64,000 nt of DNA from an uncultured bacterium. GTDB lineage: Bacteria; Actinomycetota; Thermoleophilia; Solirubrobacterales; 70-9. The notes under the pieces were generated by a model that was not told the origin of the DNA, did not search any database, and saw only the letters and a program-made list of their open reading frames with translations. The position numbers were made by a program, and so were the translations under genes. Shown one piece after another: positions 62,525 through 64,000 of this stretch (position 1 is its first letter; each line of letters opens with the position of its first letter). The DNA lies in assembly GCA_963724915.1 (NCBI GenBank), contig CAVRWJ010000001.1:56677-120676 (forward strand), given 5' to 3'.

Positions 62525-63199
62525 TTGGCCAGTGCGGTCGCCCGCCTCGACGCGATCACCCGCCGGCTGCGGGTCGAATGCCCGTGGGACCGTGATCAGG
62601 ACGAGCGCTCGATCGTCCCGCACACGGTCGAGGAGGCCTACGAGCTGGCCGATGCCGCCGCTCAGGGCGACGACGCGAAGCTGCTCGACGAGCTTGGCGA
62701 CGTGCTCTTCCAGGTCCATTTCCTGGCGCTGCTGCTCGAGGAGCGGGGGGCGGGCTCCCTGGTCGAGGTCGCCGACGGGATGGTGGCGAAGCTGATCCGC
62801 CGCCACCCGCACGTGTTCGAGGAGAGCGAGGCTCGCGCCCTGCTCGAGGAGGGCGATCCCAAGACCGCCCGCGAGGTGCTCTCCAACTGGGATCGGATCA
62901 AGCGCGACATCGAGGGCAGGGGCGCGGGCGACCCGTTCGGCGACGTGCCCGAGAACCTTCCCGGCCTGCTGTACGCGCGCAAGCTCCTGCGGCGGGCGGA
63001 TCCTGATGCCGGGGCGCCGCCGGCCGCAGACGAGGCCGCACGCGACCGGGCCGAGAGGTGGCTCGGCGACCTGCTGCTCGAGCTTGTCCGGATCTCGCGC
63101 CGCCTCGGCGTCGACCCCGAGCTGGCCGTGCGCTCGGCGGCCAGGCACGCCGTCGCCCCGAGGCCAGGCCTCGGGGCGACGGATGAACTCACGAACTGA
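62525..63199 (+). CDS. mazG: MazG-family nucleoside triphosphate pyrophosphohydrolase (start uncertain; TTG at 62525)
   Basis: Inside track ORF 61979-63199: LRVECPWDRDQDERSIVPHTVEEAYELADA...LLDELGDVLFQVHFLA...HPHVF...WDRIK. Confidence 0.8.
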   Translation: MASAVARLDAITRRLRVECPWDRDQDERSIVPHTVEEAYELADAAAQGDDAKLLDELGDVLFQVHFLALLLEERGAGSLVEVADGMVAKLIRRHPHVFEESEARALLEEGDPKTAREVLSNWDRIKRDIEGRGAGDPFGDVPENLPGLLYARKLLRRADPDAGAPPAADEAARDRAERWLGDLLLELVRISRRLGVDPELAVRSAARHAVAPRPGLGATDELTN

Positions 63200-63211
63200 A
63201 CTTGCTGCGCC

Positions 63212-64000
63212 TCACCCCCCGGTGCCGGTCGCGGGACCGGCGGCTCCACTGCTCGCGGAGGCCGGCTCGAGCGCCGTGCCCGTCAGCTCCTGCACCGTCA
63301 ACGCGGCGCTGCAGTCGCTTTCGCCGCCGACGGTGTTGCCGAAGGCGTCATACGCGCCTACAACCAGGGTGGTCGGGACGCCGGCGGTCCCCGGGAACAG
63401 CTCCTCGGCTACGTAGTTGTGCTGCTGAGGGCCCTCGTCGCCGGCGATCGTCTGGATGAACCCGTGGTTCTGGAAGTCGAAACCGAGCGAACTGGCCAAG
63501 TCGGGTCCGATCCCGATCTGCACCTGGAACAAGTCGCCGGGAGTGAGATCCGCGTCCTCGGGGTGGATGTTGCAGTAGCCCACGGCACGGGCCAGCAGGG
63601 TGCCGGTCGAGCTCGGCGTCACCGTGACGTTGGTGAGCTCGACCGGGGTCGCGTCGCCCGGAATCGTGACGAACACGGCCGAGTCCCTCCCGAAAGCCGA
63701 CGAGATGTCGGTGCCGGTGAGGCTGTCGTCTACGACCTCACCGCTGGCGATCACGTCGTTCGCCAGGTCAACCTGCTGGATCGTGTCGGGAATGATCTCC
63801 GCCGAGCCGACCGCGTCGTCAGCGAGCTCGTCGTTGCCGACGGCTCCCGTCGCGACCTCGGATGATCCGACCGAGTCCGCTCGCAGGTCGATCGCCTGCA
63901 AGCCGCCGCTGCCCAGCGTGTCGTTGCGGACGTCTTGCGACGTCATGTTGTTGTCGGCGATGTCCTGGGTGAACACCTGGTCGTTGATGATGTCGCCGGT
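63212..64000 (-). CDS. hypothetical repeat protein, paralogue of 20064-21320; the N-terminus lies beyond the right edge
   Basis: The reverse complement of 63971-64000 reads TGDIINDQVF, against TGDIINGQVG in the 20064 gene. It is followed by at least ten 10-residue units with a hydrophobic residue every fifth position (ADDAVGSAEIIPDTIQQVDLANDVIASGEVVDDSLTGTDI). Confidence 0.6.
   Translation of the reverse strand, partial: TGDIINDQVFTQDIADNNMTSQDVRNDTLGSGGLQAIDLRADSVGSSEVATGAVGNDELADDAVGSAEIIPDTIQQVDLANDVIASGEVVDDSLTGTDISSAFGRDSAVFVTIPGDATPVELTNVTVTPSSTGTLLARAVGYCNIHPEDADLTPGDLFQVQIGIGPDLASSLGFDFQNHGFIQTIAGDEGPQQHNYVAEELFPGTAGVPTTLVVGAYDAFGNTVGGESDCSAALTVQELTGTALEPASASSGAAGPATGTGG

Overview
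High-GC (roughly 70% by eye), densely coding chromosomal segment of actinobacterial type, judged from gene content: MMPL, Mce, LCP, PucR and TetR proteins, many GTG/TTG starts, and ATGA/GTGA stop-start overlaps. About 65 protein genes and one tRNA (tRNA-Gln, UUG) can be supported. The backbone from 26.7 to 63.2 kb is a housekeeping string: rsmI, metG, tatD, rsmA, ispE, glmU, prs, rplY/ctc, pth, mfd, mazG. Accessory blocks interrupt it: a six-gene mce cluster with no permease genes in view (27.7-36.6 kb), a tRNA-Gln/HNH endonuclease block (43-49 kb), and a GDPD/UbiB block. The left 20 kb carries central-metabolism genes (icd, mdh), a PAS-GGDEF-EAL gene, an overlapping hsp20-lon pair, and a lipid-themed neighbourhood (TetR, MMPL, ICMT-like methyltransferase, RDD, SGNH lipase, and an R2lox-type di-metal oxidase fused to an SCP2 domain with a divergent TetR). 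Points worth a second look: (1) more than 30 frame disruptions sit almost entirely in the first 15 kb, with intact genes interspersed; this is most simply a sequence-quality problem. (2) The R2lox-SCP2 fusion locus. (3) A near-consensus LexA/SOS box abuts the start of the lower-GC HNH endonuclease gene next to tRNA-Gln. (4) Two unrelated families of conserved intergenic repeats each have two copies: a ~45-nt element and a 47-nt long palindrome. One copy of each brackets the R2lox gene. (5) The mce sextet lacks yrbE/mkl genes and sits inside the rsmI-metG junction. (6) Two paralogous membrane-anchored proteins have 5/10-residue periodic repeats. I found no CRISPR array, rRNA, transposase, integrase or recognisable defence system. 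I could not identify a complete novel multi-gene system with confidence. All calls rest on the ORF track plus my own translation and motif recognition; no database search was possible.
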